From a virus (lineage: Duplodnaviria; Caudoviricetes), in the IMG/VR virus record IMGVR_UViG_3300042298_000319, positions 1,486 to 65,485 of that record: a DNA stretch of 64,000 bases, one strand, 5' to 3'. The translations under genes were made by a program, and so were the position numbers. The notes below the pieces were generated by a model. The model ran no database searches. It saw only the letters and a program-made list of their open reading frames with translations, and was not told the origin of the DNA. Positions 1-8,545 of the stretch are shown piece by piece. How positions within the stretch are numbered: the stretch's first letter is position 1; each line of letters starts with the position of its first letter.

Positions 1-2
1 CG

Positions 3-410
3 CAACAGGAACGCCCTAAGCAGTGGGCTCCTGCTGAACTACTACCAGAACCTGATAAACAGGCTGGGTTTGCGTATAGGTGGGTACGCGTTGCTACGCT
101 TAACAAAGCTGACCCCAAGAACATCTCCGCTAAATTGCGAGAAGGTTGGGAACCAGTAAGGATTGAGGAGCAACCTAAATTTAGACTGCTAGTCGACCCT
201 AATAGTCGTTTTAAAGACAACATTGAGGTCGATGGGCTACTGTTATGCAAGACGCCTGAAGAGTTTGTGCAACAGCGTAATCAGTATTACGCAAACCAAA
301 CCATAGCTCAGACGAATGCGATTGACAGCAGCTTCATGCGCGAGAACGATGTTCGTATGCCTCTTTTTGCTGAGAGAAAGTCTACGACCACGTTCGGCAA
401 AGGTGGTTAA
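3..410 (+). CDS. Conserved head-region hypothetical protein (5' truncated)
   Basis: Frame is open from base 3 (QQERPKQWAPAELLPEPDKQAGFAYRWVRV...REGWEPV); lies upstream of the capsid genes. Confidence 0.8.
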   Translation, partial: QQERPKQWAPAELLPEPDKQAGFAYRWVRVATLNKADPKNISAKLREGWEPVRIEEQPKFRLLVDPNSRFKDNIEVDGLLLCKTPEEFVQQRNQYYANQTIAQTNAIDSSFMRENDVRMPLFAERKSTTTFGKGG

Positions 411-431
411 TCTCAATTTTTGGAGTCAAAC

Positions 432-1112
432 ATGGCATATCCGACTGTAAATGCCCCTTACGGGCTAAAACCGATCAATCTGATCGGCGGTCAGGTGTTT
501 GCGGGCCAGACTCGTGAACTCCCGATTGCAAGTAACTACGGTACTGCTATCTATAATGGCGACATCGTTCGCCTAGATGGTGGCACTATTGTTAAAGAGA
601 CCGGCACGACTACTGTTAACGCCAATGGCGTGACTGGCGTGTTCCTTGGTGTTAGCTACACCAATCCATCGACCGGCCAAAAGCTGTTCGCTAACTCATA
701 TCCGGGCAGTGTTGTTGCTTCGGACATCGTGGCTTATGTCGCTGATGATCCTGATCAACTGTTCAAGGTTGCTGTGACTGGCGGCGCTACTAGCTCCACC
801 ATCACTCCAATTTCGGGCACGATCTTGGGCAACAACATGGCTATTTCGCAGCCAGCCTCGAACACCACTATTTCGGGTAACTCGAACATTGGTGCTTATG
901 ATTCGGGCAGCAATACTGCGCAGACGCTACCGTTCCGTGTCGTTGGCCTCGTTGAAGAGACTACCGATTCCAGCGGTAACTACAGCGAAGTTATTGTTAA
1001 GTGGAATGCTCCGCACCCAACCATCACTATCGACTTCACGGCTGAAACCGCGTCGGTAACTCTGGCTGGCGGTCATTCTTATCTCAACCCGAACGGCCCA
1101 GATAGCGTATAA
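432..1112 (+). CDS. Probable capsid decoration/cement protein
   Basis: GGAG RBS before ATG 432; beta-rich MAYPTVNAPYGLKP...; directly upstream of the major capsid gene. Confidence 0.65.
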   Translation: MAYPTVNAPYGLKPINLIGGQVFAGQTRELPIASNYGTAIYNGDIVRLDGGTIVKETGTTTVNANGVTGVFLGVSYTNPSTGQKLFANSYPGSVVASDIVAYVADDPDQLFKVAVTGGATSSTITPISGTILGNNMAISQPASNTTISGNSNIGAYDSGSNTAQTLPFRVVGLVEETTDSSGNYSEVIVKWNAPHPTITIDFTAETASVTLAGGHSYLNPNGPDSV

Positions 1113-1124
1113 GGGAGTTAAATC

Positions 1125-2033
1125 ATGGCTATTTCACGCGCACAACTACTGAAAGAGCTGCTCCCCGGCTTGAACGCTTTGTTCGGCATGGAGTACTCGC
1201 GTTATGGTGAGGAACACAAGGAAATCTACGAAACAGAGAGTTCCGAGCGTTCGTTCGAAGAAGAAACCAAGCTGTCCGGCTTCTCGGCAGCTCCGGTGAA
1301 AAACGAAGGTTCTGCGATTGCGTATGACAATGCGCAAGAAGCATGGACTGCACGATACAACCACGAAACTATTGCTCTGGGTTTCTCGCTGACCGAAGAG
1401 GCCATTGAAGATAACCTGTATGACAGCCTGTCGGCTCGTTATACCAAGGCTCTGGCTCGTGCTATGTCGTATACCAAGCAAGTCAAAGCAGCAAACGTGT
1501 TGAACAACGGCTTTAATGCTTCCTATCCGGGTGGCGACGGTAAAGCCCTGTTTGCAAACAACCACCCACTCGTCTCTGGCGGCACTAACTCGAACATCCC
1601 TTCGACTCCTGCTGACTTGAACGAAACTTCGCTGGAAAACGCTGTGATTCAAATCGCTGCGTGGACTGACGAACGTGGTCTGCTGATTGCTGCGAAACCA
1701 CAGAAGCTGATCATCCCACCGTCCCTCCAGTTCGTTGCTACTCGTCTGTTGGAAACCGAACTCCGTGTCGGTACCAACGATAACGACGTGAACGCACTGA
1801 AGAACAACGGTTCGATCCCCGGCGGCTACACGATCAACCACTTCTTGACCGACAACAACGCATGGTTCCTGACCACTGACGTTCCAAACGGCATGAAGCA
1901 CTTTGTTCGTACGCCTCTGGCGAACTCGATGGACGGTGACTTTGACACCGGCAACGTGCGTTACAAGGCTCGTGAGCGTTACTCGTTCGGCTGGTCTGAC
2001 CCGCTGGGCATGTACGGCTCGCAAGGCGCGTAA
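1125..2033 (+). CDS. Major capsid protein (Mu gpT-like, HK97 fold)
   Basis: MAISRAQLLKELLPGLNALFG...RYKARERYSFGWSD; strong RBS, strong codon bias, terminator follows. Confidence 0.9.
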   Translation: MAISRAQLLKELLPGLNALFGMEYSRYGEEHKEIYETESSERSFEEETKLSGFSAAPVKNEGSAIAYDNAQEAWTARYNHETIALGFSLTEEAIEDNLYDSLSARYTKALARAMSYTKQVKAANVLNNGFNASYPGGDGKALFANNHPLVSGGTNSNIPSTPADLNETSLENAVIQIAAWTDERGLLIAAKPQKLIIPPSLQFVATRLLETELRVGTNDNDVNALKNNGSIPGGYTINHFLTDNNAWFLTTDVPNGMKHFVRTPLANSMDGDFDTGNVRYKARERYSFGWSDPLGMYGSQGA

Positions 2034-2036
2034 TAG

Positions 2037-2063
2037 AAAAGGGGGCTTTACGCCCCCTTTTTT
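2037..2063 (+). terminator. Intrinsic terminator after capsid gene
   Basis: AAAAGGGGGC-TTTAC-GCCCCCTTTTTT. Confidence 0.85.
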
Positions 2064-2083
2064 GTAGTATATAAAGTAGGTAT

Positions 2084-2160
2084 ACCGGGTTTACCCGGTG
2101 CGTCAAACAGGCACCCGGCCTGACTTCATGCAGATTGACGCACCTAACCGCATGAGGAAA
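2084..2160 (+). ncRNA. Pseudoknotted structured RNA, probably the Mu-gpT-DE (Mu-like gpT downstream element) motif
   Basis: Pairings GGTGCGTCAA(2097)/TTGACGCACC(2135), CCGGGT(2085)/ACCCGG(2113), CAGG/CCTG, CTTCATGC(2124)/GCATGAGG(2150); immediately downstream of a gpT-like capsid gene. Confidence 0.65.
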
Positions 2161-2163
2161 AAT

Positions 2164-2619
2164 ATGGCTCTTTCTACTACCCAAAGTATTTGGCGTTCGG
2201 GTGGCGGCGACACGACTCGTACCGCGTATTGCGGTTCCGGTCTGATGGCTGCTCAGTTCTACATCCCTGACGCATCTGAAACCGCTAACGTGCTGGTTTC
2301 TTCTGTTTCTGGCGCACCTGCACTTATTCTCCCAGCTGGCGCAGTTGTCGTTTCGGTAAGTGTTATCACTACCGGCGCGGGTTCTGTTGACCTTGGCACA
2401 ACCGGCTACACCAGCGGCACCGCAACACCTGCGGCTATCGCTAACAACTTGTCTGTGGCAACTGCCGCGACTACCAGCATTGGTACTGTTGTGACCGGTA
2501 CAGCTTCTACCGAGATGGCTTACGTGACTTCCCGTAGTGACACAAGCGGCAACAACCCTGTTGCTGGCATCATCACTTACTTCGTCACCGATCCGCTGGT
2601 TGGTCAGCAAAACGTCTGA
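2164..2619 (+). CDS. Virion structural protein (possible head fibre/decoration)
   Basis: GAGG RBS before ATG 2164; Ala/Thr/Gly-rich; head module position. Confidence 0.65.
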   Translation: MALSTTQSIWRSGGGDTTRTAYCGSGLMAAQFYIPDASETANVLVSSVSGAPALILPAGAVVVSVSVITTGAGSVDLGTTGYTSGTATPAAIANNLSVATAATTSIGTVVTGTASTEMAYVTSRSDTSGNNPVAGIITYFVTDPLVGQQNV

Positions 2620-2634
2620 TAAGGAGGCATCACC

Positions 2635-2907
2635 ATGATGCAAACAGACGTAAAAGCCGCGCAGGTAACCTCTACCAATACGGCGTATGGCGCTCCAACC
2701 CGTGTAAAAGCGGTAACGGTCAGCTACGACGAAAGCGGAACTGTTGTTCTAAAAGACGGCGGTTCCGGCGGTACGACGAGGTTTTCTTTTACGGCTCCTG
2801 CGGCCAAGGGGTCAGTACACATTCTGTTCCCCGGCGAAGGCATCAAGTTCAACACGGATGTACATGCCACGCTGTCTAGCGCAACCATTGTGGTGTTCTA
2901 TGGCTAA
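2635..2907 (+). CDS. Small virion structural protein
   Basis: AGGAGG RBS; beta-rich 90 aa. Confidence 0.65.
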   Translation: MMQTDVKAAQVTSTNTAYGAPTRVKAVTVSYDESGTVVLKDGGSGGTTRFSFTAPAAKGSVHILFPGEGIKFNTDVHATLSSATIVVFYG

Positions 2908-3154
2908 GTCTCCGGCGTGGCAAAGAAAAGAAGGGAAGAACCCCAAGGGCGGTTTAAACGCCAAGGGGCGGGCGTCGTATAACGCGGCGAACCCCGGTAA
3001 ACCCGGATTGAAAGCGCCACAACCGGAGGGTGGGCCTCGTAAGAAATCATTCTGCGCCCGTATGGAAGGAATGAAAAAGAAGCTTACGAGTTCCAAGACA
3101 GCGAGCGACCCTAATAGTCGTATTAACAAATCTTTACGAGCTTGGAAGTGTTAA
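2900..3154 (+). CDS. Small basic protein (DUF6321-like)
   Basis: MAKSPAWQRKEGKNPKGGLNAKGR...SFCARM...SLRAWKC. Confidence 0.7.
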   Translation: MAKSPAWQRKEGKNPKGGLNAKGRASYNAANPGKPGLKAPQPEGGPRKKSFCARMEGMKKKLTSSKTASDPNSRINKSLRAWKC

Positions 3155-3156
3155 CC

Positions 3157-3405
3157 GTGGACCTAGCATTCGTTTGGAATGGCGCGTTGTCGCTGTTTGT
3201 GGGCTTGTTTGCGTATATTGCCCATGAAAAATTCTCTGAGCTTGCGCGTATCACTATTCTTTTGAATAAGACGCGTGAAGAAATTGCACGGGATAACGTG
3301 ACAAAAGCGGAAGTGGATCGTATTACTGATCACATTGATCAGAGATTCAATAGGCTGGAGAATAAGATTGACCAGCTAATTGAGTCGCAAAGGAGAGTTT
3401 TATGA
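3157..3405 (+). CDS. Membrane-anchored coiled-coil protein
   Basis: N-terminal hydrophobic helix, C-terminal heptads RFNRLENKIDQL; start codon uncertain (3142 or 3157). Confidence 0.65.
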   Translation: MDLAFVWNGALSLFVGLFAYIAHEKFSELARITILLNKTREEIARDNVTKAEVDRITDHIDQRFNRLENKIDQLIESQRRVL

Positions 3406-4187
3406 AAAAGAAGGCTAAAAAGTTCGGTACTGGGGGCACCATCCTTACCGGCTTAGGTGCTGGCTTTGTCGGCTCTGCTATATACGACAAGCTGATGAAG
3501 AACAAAGAAGATAAGGAAGACAAGTTCCAGAGCTTGAAGTCTGTAGACAGTAAAGGCCGCTCGCCGCAGGAACAGATAGATAAGCAAGTCGGTGCTAAGT
3601 CAGTAGAGCCTGAGACTAAAGCTGCGCCAAAAGAAGAGACTCGTGAAGAGTATCTTGCGAAGAAGGTTAAGCCGATCAAAGAGACCGGCACTTTTTCTGG
3701 GTCTGATACAACTGAACCTGATACTGACGTTAAAGACAACACCCCCGCACCTGCGCCTGTTAAGAAAGTTTCGACATCAAAGCCAACAGTGTCGTCATCT
3801 ACTGCTGTAAAAATGGCCCCGCCTGATAACGCAGACCTTAAACCTAAGTCGGTTCCAAAGGCGCAGCCTAAAAAACCAGAAACTAAGATGCCTTTGCCAT
3901 CTAGTGAGCGTCCGTCTAAGCCTTATCCAACTGGCAGTAAGTATGATCTTGAGGATAAAGCTAAGAGCGAAGATAAACCAAAACCGGCTAAGCCTAAGAC
4001 TGCGCCTGTTACTAGGTATTCTAAGGACAAGGAAAAGGGCAGCGATAGTAAGTTTGTGCCACGACACCTGCGTAATACAACTCCGTTCAAGAAGGGCGGT
4101 ATGGTTAAAAAGTATAACGGCGGCTCCGCTTCTAGTCGAGGCGATGGCATTGCACAGCGCGGCAAGACTCGCGGGAGAATGGTCTGA
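3402..4187 (+). CDS. Lys/Pro-rich disordered protein with xGG motifs and C-terminal RGDGIAQRGKT tail
   Basis: ATGA overlap with upstream ORF; low-complexity sequence. Confidence 0.75.
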   Translation: MKKKAKKFGTGGTILTGLGAGFVGSAIYDKLMKNKEDKEDKFQSLKSVDSKGRSPQEQIDKQVGAKSVEPETKAAPKEETREEYLAKKVKPIKETGTFSGSDTTEPDTDVKDNTPAPAPVKKVSTSKPTVSSSTAVKMAPPDNADLKPKSVPKAQPKKPETKMPLPSSERPSKPYPTGSKYDLEDKAKSEDKPKPAKPKTAPVTRYSKDKEKGSDSKFVPRHLRNTTPFKKGGMVKKYNGGSASSRGDGIAQRGKTRGRMV

Positions 4188-4582
4188 TGCCAAGCGTCTC
4201 AGGTAAACAACACCGTCTCATGGCTGCGGTGGCAACTAATCCAGCTGTGGCAAAGAAAACTAAGATTCCACAGTCTGTGGGAAAAGAGTTTATGGAAGCC
4301 GATAAAGGCAAGAAATTTAAAGGAGGCGGTGAGATGAAAGAGTCAATGAAGAAGGTTAAGGAAGAGATTGGCTTCATGAAAAAGAAGGGTGCTCCTAAGT
4401 CCATGATCAAACATGAGATGGCTGAAGCTGGTATGAATAAAGGTGGCGGCGTCAAAAAGTACGCCGCTGGTGGTCTGGCTGCTGGTCACAAGTCGGCTGA
4501 TGGTGTTGCCCACAAAGGCAAGACCAAAGCTAAACAGGTGACGATGAAGAGCGGCGGTAAGGCTGGCGGCAAGTATTGCTAA
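4187..4582 (+). CDS. Small basic protein with four xGG motifs
   Basis: TGATG coupling; MPSVSGKQHRLMAAVA... Confidence 0.75.
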   Translation: MPSVSGKQHRLMAAVATNPAVAKKTKIPQSVGKEFMEADKGKKFKGGGEMKESMKKVKEEIGFMKKKGAPKSMIKHEMAEAGMNKGGGVKKYAAGGLAAGHKSADGVAHKGKTKAKQVTMKSGGKAGGKYC

Positions 4583-4592
4583 GGAGATTGAG

Positions 4593-4943
4593 ATGAGACC
4601 TATCAAACCAAGAGGACCTGCTGGCGGTGGTCGTCCTATGCCGGGCCCCGCTGTAAACGTACTACCTACTAGGGGTGGCCCTGCTGGTGGCGGTATGCCC
4701 GTTGGCCCTGCTGTGAACGTATTGCCTAATAAACCGACCGGCGGCGCTCCTATGATCGGTGGGGGTGGTCCGGCAAATCCGGCGCCAATGCCAATGCCGC
4801 GTCCTACTAGTATGCCCATGACTAATGTAAAACCTGCTGCGCCGGGAATGGGCATGAAGAAGGGCGGTAAGGTCAAATCGTCTGCTTCAAAGAGAGCAGA
4901 TGGTATCGCTCAACGCGGTAAAACTAAGGGTAAGATCATATGA
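4593..4943 (+). CDS. Pro/Gly-rich basic protein with C-terminal RADGIAQRGKTKG tail
   Basis: AGGAG RBS; internal duplicated GPAGGG...GPAVNVLP unit. Confidence 0.7.
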   Translation: MRPIKPRGPAGGGRPMPGPAVNVLPTRGGPAGGGMPVGPAVNVLPNKPTGGAPMIGGGGPANPAPMPMPRPTSMPMTNVKPAAPGMGMKKGGKVKSSASKRADGIAQRGKTKGKII

Positions 4944-5188
4944 TGCTTTCTCGCGGGATGGGCGATATAAGCCCAGCTAAGATCAAAACCATCAAAAAGC
5001 GTGATGGTAATGAGCCTGTGAAAGTGTATAAAAAGGGTGGCGAGGTCTGGGATAAGCCTCGCCCTAAAGGTCTTGGTAAGCCAAGTAAGCTTAGTCCTGA
5101 GAAAAAGTCCGCTGCAAAAGCAGCGGCTAAAGCCGCCGGGAGACCTTATCCTAATTTGATAGATAACATGCGGGCAGCGAGGGGGTAG
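4940..5188 (+). CDS. Small basic protein
   Basis: ATGA overlap; AKAAGRPYPNLIDNMRAA C-terminus. Confidence 0.7.
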   Translation: MMLSRGMGDISPAKIKTIKKRDGNEPVKVYKKGGEVWDKPRPKGLGKPSKLSPEKKSAAKAAAKAAGRPYPNLIDNMRAARG

Positions 5189-5190
5189 TT

Positions 5191-5589
5191 ATGGCTGGTG
5201 GCGGTCCAGTTGGTCAAGTAGGCAATCCGGGGGCACAGAGTATGCTCTCGTCTTCTATGCAGAGTATGCGTAGAATTAATCCGTATGGGGGCGGTAATCC
5301 TTATACCCAAGGGTTTCAAAACTATTCCAACTTTTCTCCTAGCCCCCCTCCTAGTATGCCGGGGTGGATGCAGCAAGCGCAGGAAGCGCAACAAAAGTTT
5401 CAGCAGAGTAGTCCTTATACGGAATACATGAACAAGCAAAAAGCGTTGCAAGAAGAGTTTGAAAACAGTCAGGGGTTTAAGGATTTTCAAACCCAGATGC
5501 AAGGGTTCCAGAAACAACAGCAAGAATATCGTCCACCGTTTTCCCCGTATGGCGGGATGTATGGTGGTCTTGGTCGCATGTATTTTTAA
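5191..5589 (+). CDS. Q/S/P/G/Y-rich low-complexity protein
   Basis: Fills the gap in the operon; starts MAGGGPV. Confidence 0.55.
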   Translation: MAGGGPVGQVGNPGAQSMLSSSMQSMRRINPYGGGNPYTQGFQNYSNFSPSPPPSMPGWMQQAQEAQQKFQQSSPYTEYMNKQKALQEEFENSQGFKDFQTQMQGFQKQQQEYRPPFSPYGGMYGGLGRMYF

Positions 5590-5600
5590 TTTAAATAATC

Positions 5601-6341
5601 ATGGCCTTTACAACTAGTAACACAAGTTTCAACCCCGACCTTAACGAAATTTTTGAAGAGGCGTTTGAGCGTTGCGGGCTTGAGTTGCGTACCGGCTATG
5701 ACTTTCGTACGGCACGGCGCAGCCTTAATTTTCTTATTGGTGAGTGGGCTAACCGAGGTATCAACTTGTGGACGATTGAGCAAGGCTCAATTAATTTAGT
5801 ACAAGGGGTGGTTACATATGATTTACCTAATGATACCGTTGATCTTATTGAACATGTTATTCGCACTGATTCCGGACAAGGTCCTAACCAGACTGATCTA
5901 AATATAACTCGAATCAGCGTATCTACGTATTCAACTATCCCAAATAAACTAACGCAAGGCCGTCCTATTCAAGTTTGGATTAATCGGCAGAGCGGGCAGA
6001 CGACCGATTTATTGGGCGCAACCCCAAAGTATCCACAAATTAATGTATGGCCTGCACCAGACCAAGGCACGCAACTAAACCCATATTACGTGTTTTATTA
6101 CTGGCGGTTAAAACGTATTTATGATGCAGGTAATGGAACTAACGTAGTAGATATACCGTTCCGTTTCCAGAACTGTTTAGTAGCGGGCCTTGCTTATATG
6201 ATTTCTGTAAAAAAGCCGGAAGTTGACCCAATGCGCATCCAAGCTCTAAAGGCTATGTATGATGAAGCGTGGGATTTAGCGGCGGGCGAAGACCGCGAAA
6301 AAGCGGCTGACCGTCTAGTGCCACGGGAGATGTTTTTCTAA
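5601..6341 (+). CDS. Probable head-tail adaptor protein
   Basis: EEAFERCG...ARRSLN...WANRGINLWT...GRP...WPAP pattern typical of podovirus-type adaptors. Confidence 0.6.
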   Translation: MAFTTSNTSFNPDLNEIFEEAFERCGLELRTGYDFRTARRSLNFLIGEWANRGINLWTIEQGSINLVQGVVTYDLPNDTVDLIEHVIRTDSGQGPNQTDLNITRISVSTYSTIPNKLTQGRPIQVWINRQSGQTTDLLGATPKYPQINVWPAPDQGTQLNPYYVFYYWRLKRIYDAGNGTNVVDIPFRFQNCLVAGLAYMISVKKPEVDPMRIQALKAMYDEAWDLAAGEDREKAADRLVPREMFF

Positions 6342-6754
6342 TGGGAAACAGGTTTGCTAGTGGCAAGAATTCTATTGCGGAGTGTGACCGTTGTGGATTT
6401 CGTTACAAGCTGAAAGAACTGAAGAAGCTAACGATTAAAACCAAACAGGTTTCGATTAAAGTATGTCATACCTGTTGGGAACAAGATCATCCGCAGTTAC
6501 AGTTAGGGATGTACCCAGTGCAAGACCCGCAAGCTGTTCGGGAGCCAAGACCGGATTTAAGTTACCGCCAAGCTGGTTATACCGGATTGCAGCTGACGTT
6601 GAACACTGATTTTGGCGACCCTTCGGGGGGTAGCCGTATTATTCAGTGGGGGTGGAACCCAGTAGGGTTTGGTAACGGCGGGGATTTTCAACTAGCTATT
6701 AATGACCTTGTAGGTCTTGGTCAGGTAGGGACAGTAACAGTATCTATTACTTAG
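6341..6754 (+). CDS. Zn-ribbon virion-region protein
   Basis: CDRC...CHTC, DPQAVREPRPD. Confidence 0.7.
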   Translation: MGNRFASGKNSIAECDRCGFRYKLKELKKLTIKTKQVSIKVCHTCWEQDHPQLQLGMYPVQDPQAVREPRPDLSYRQAGYTGLQLTLNTDFGDPSGGSRIIQWGWNPVGFGNGGDFQLAINDLVGLGQVGTVTVSIT

Positions 6755-6763
6755 GAGTAGATT

Positions 6764-6925
6764 ATGGACAGCATGAAGAAAGTGGCTAAGGCGGAAGTCA
6801 AAGCACACGAAAAGCGGATGCACAAAGGTATGGCTAAAGGCGGGGTGACCGGCGAAGCCATGAAGAAGATGGGCCGCAACATGGCTCGTGCTATGAATCA
6901 GCGTGGGTCTTCAAGGAGCCGATAA
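6764..6925 (+). CDS. 53-aa basic protein (absent from ORF track)
   Basis: AGGAG RBS; MDSMKKVAKAEVKAHEKRMHKGMAKGGVTGEAMKKMGRNMARAMNQRGSSRSR; TAATG coupling to the next ORF. Confidence 0.75.
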   Translation: MDSMKKVAKAEVKAHEKRMHKGMAKGGVTGEAMKKMGRNMARAMNQRGSSRSR

Positions 6926-7116
6926 TGGAAAAGATTAAATCCGCACCGCCATCGGTGCTTAAATCCTATTCTGGTAAAGACTGCATGAATGAGATGAACA
7001 TTGGTGCTGGTGTAGTTACTAAGGGTAACTATAAAGAGCCAAAAACCACTGGTATCAAAATTCGTGGCACAGGCGCAGCAACTAAAGGTTTAATGGCACG
7101 AGGCCCAATGGGTTGA
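6925..7116 (+). CDS. Small basic protein
   Basis: GIKIRGTGAATKGLMARGPMG C-terminus; AGGAG RBS. Confidence 0.7.
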   Translation: MEKIKSAPPSVLKSYSGKDCMNEMNIGAGVVTKGNYKEPKTTGIKIRGTGAATKGLMARGPMG

Positions 7117-7124
7117 GGTGAAGC

Positions 7125-7808
7125 GTGAACTACAACGAGTTGTTTATTGCTATAAAAAACTATTTGCAAAACGACTTTCCGTCGAATATATGGACGGATG
7201 TCGCGGGTACCGGCACGACTACATCTAACGGCACGGAGCAGATAGACCTGTTTATTCGACAGGCTGAAACCCGCATTTACAACTCGGTTCAGCTACCTGT
7301 CCAACGAAAAAATGTTACTGGTACAACTACCTTGGGGAACAAGTATTTGTCTCTCCCCGCAGATTGGCTATCAAATTATTCTATAGCCGTAGTTACGCCA
7401 ATTACCGGAGAGTACGAATACTTGCTAAATAAGGACGTAAACTTTATTAGGCAAGCTTTTCCTTACCCCGCAGTTTCTGGTAAACCCCAGTATTACGCCG
7501 TTTTTGACCAAAACACTTATATATTAGGTCCTACGCCTGATGCGGCCTATACCATGGAGATGCACTATAACGCCTACCCTGCGTCTATTGTAGACATAGG
7601 CACTTCATGGCTTGGAAGTAATTTTAGTACTGTCCTTTTATATGGCTCTCTAGTAGAAGCTTATATATTTTTAAAAGGTGAGGCAGACCTTTTGCAAATG
7701 TATCAAGCAAACTATAACGATGCGCTCAATCAACTGAAACGGTTGTCAGATGGTTTAGACCGTCAAGATGCGTATCGTTCAGGCCAAACTCGTGTTCAAG
7801 TAACTTAA
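7125..7808 (+). CDS. Probable second adaptor/neck protein
   Basis: GAGG RBS, GTG start; GKPQYYA...LGPTPD...LLYGSLVEA. Confidence 0.6.
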   Translation: MNYNELFIAIKNYLQNDFPSNIWTDVAGTGTTTSNGTEQIDLFIRQAETRIYNSVQLPVQRKNVTGTTTLGNKYLSLPADWLSNYSIAVVTPITGEYEYLLNKDVNFIRQAFPYPAVSGKPQYYAVFDQNTYILGPTPDAAYTMEMHYNAYPASIVDIGTSWLGSNFSTVLLYGSLVEAYIFLKGEADLLQMYQANYNDALNQLKRLSDGLDRQDAYRSGQTRVQVT

Positions 7809-7817
7809 AGAGGATTT

Positions 7818-8108
7818 ATGGCAAGCGCACAAGGCGTCGGAACGGTTGGTCGGTTCATGGTGTACACCACATCAAATCGTGGGCATTCACCAGAAGAACT
7901 AGCAGACATGGCGATGGAACATATTATTGCTGTGTCAGACACCGCGCCCGAACAAATAAAAATGCAAGCAGAAGCGTACAAGGCAAAACTACATGAAGTG
8001 CTTGTTAGGTATATGAAAAAAGCTGTCGAGCAGGACCGTCTGACCGTGTGTCGCCAGCTTGAGGACTCTGGTCAGGCTCAAATCGCAGATATTGTAAGGA
8101 GAATGTAA
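7818..8108 (+). CDS. Hypothetical protein
   Basis: AGAGG RBS; coupled to the next ORF. Confidence 0.7.
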   Translation: MASAQGVGTVGRFMVYTTSNRGHSPEELADMAMEHIIAVSDTAPEQIKMQAEAYKAKLHEVLVRYMKKAVEQDRLTVCRQLEDSGQAQIADIVRRM

Positions 8109-8536
8109 TGGCTATTACTCAGGCAATGTGCTCGTCTTTCAAAGGCGAGGTTATGCAAGCACTACACGACTTTGATGTTGGTGCTAACGTTTTTAAGCTC
8201 GCCTTATACACAAGTTCGGCTACGTTGGATGCGTCTACTACTGTTTACTCCGCGACTAATGAAGTGCCAAACAGTGGTTCGTATTCTTCTGGTGGTGGCT
8301 CACTAACTAATCAGGGTGTGACAGTGTCTGGCACTACGGGCTTCACAGATTTTTCTGACTTGTCGTTTACATCAGCAACAATCACAGCGCGTGGCGCTTT
8401 GATTTACAACAGCACTAACGGTGATCGTGCAGTTTGTGTGCTTGATTTCGGTGGCGACAAAACATCGACCGCCGGTACGTTCACCATTATCTTCCCAGCA
8501 GCTACCGCGAGTGATGCAATCATTCGTATTGCGTAA
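8108..8536 (+). CDS. Tail/fibre attachment structural protein
   Basis: MAITQAMCSSFK...FKLALYT...LDFGGDKTST; precedes the fibre genes. Confidence 0.65.
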   Translation: MAITQAMCSSFKGEVMQALHDFDVGANVFKLALYTSSATLDASTTVYSATNEVPNSGSYSSGGGSLTNQGVTVSGTTGFTDFSDLSFTSATITARGALIYNSTNGDRAVCVLDFGGDKTSTAGTFTIIFPAATASDAIIRIA

Positions 8537-8545
8537 GGTGGGGTT

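Noticed and set aside
1146-2024. 292-aa antisense ORF over the capsid gene
   Set aside because: Shadow of strong codon bias on the sense strand; no RBS or recognisable motifs
2098-2163. Upstream GTG start extension of the 2164 gene
   Set aside because: Overlaps the structured RNA; the RBS supports ATG 2164
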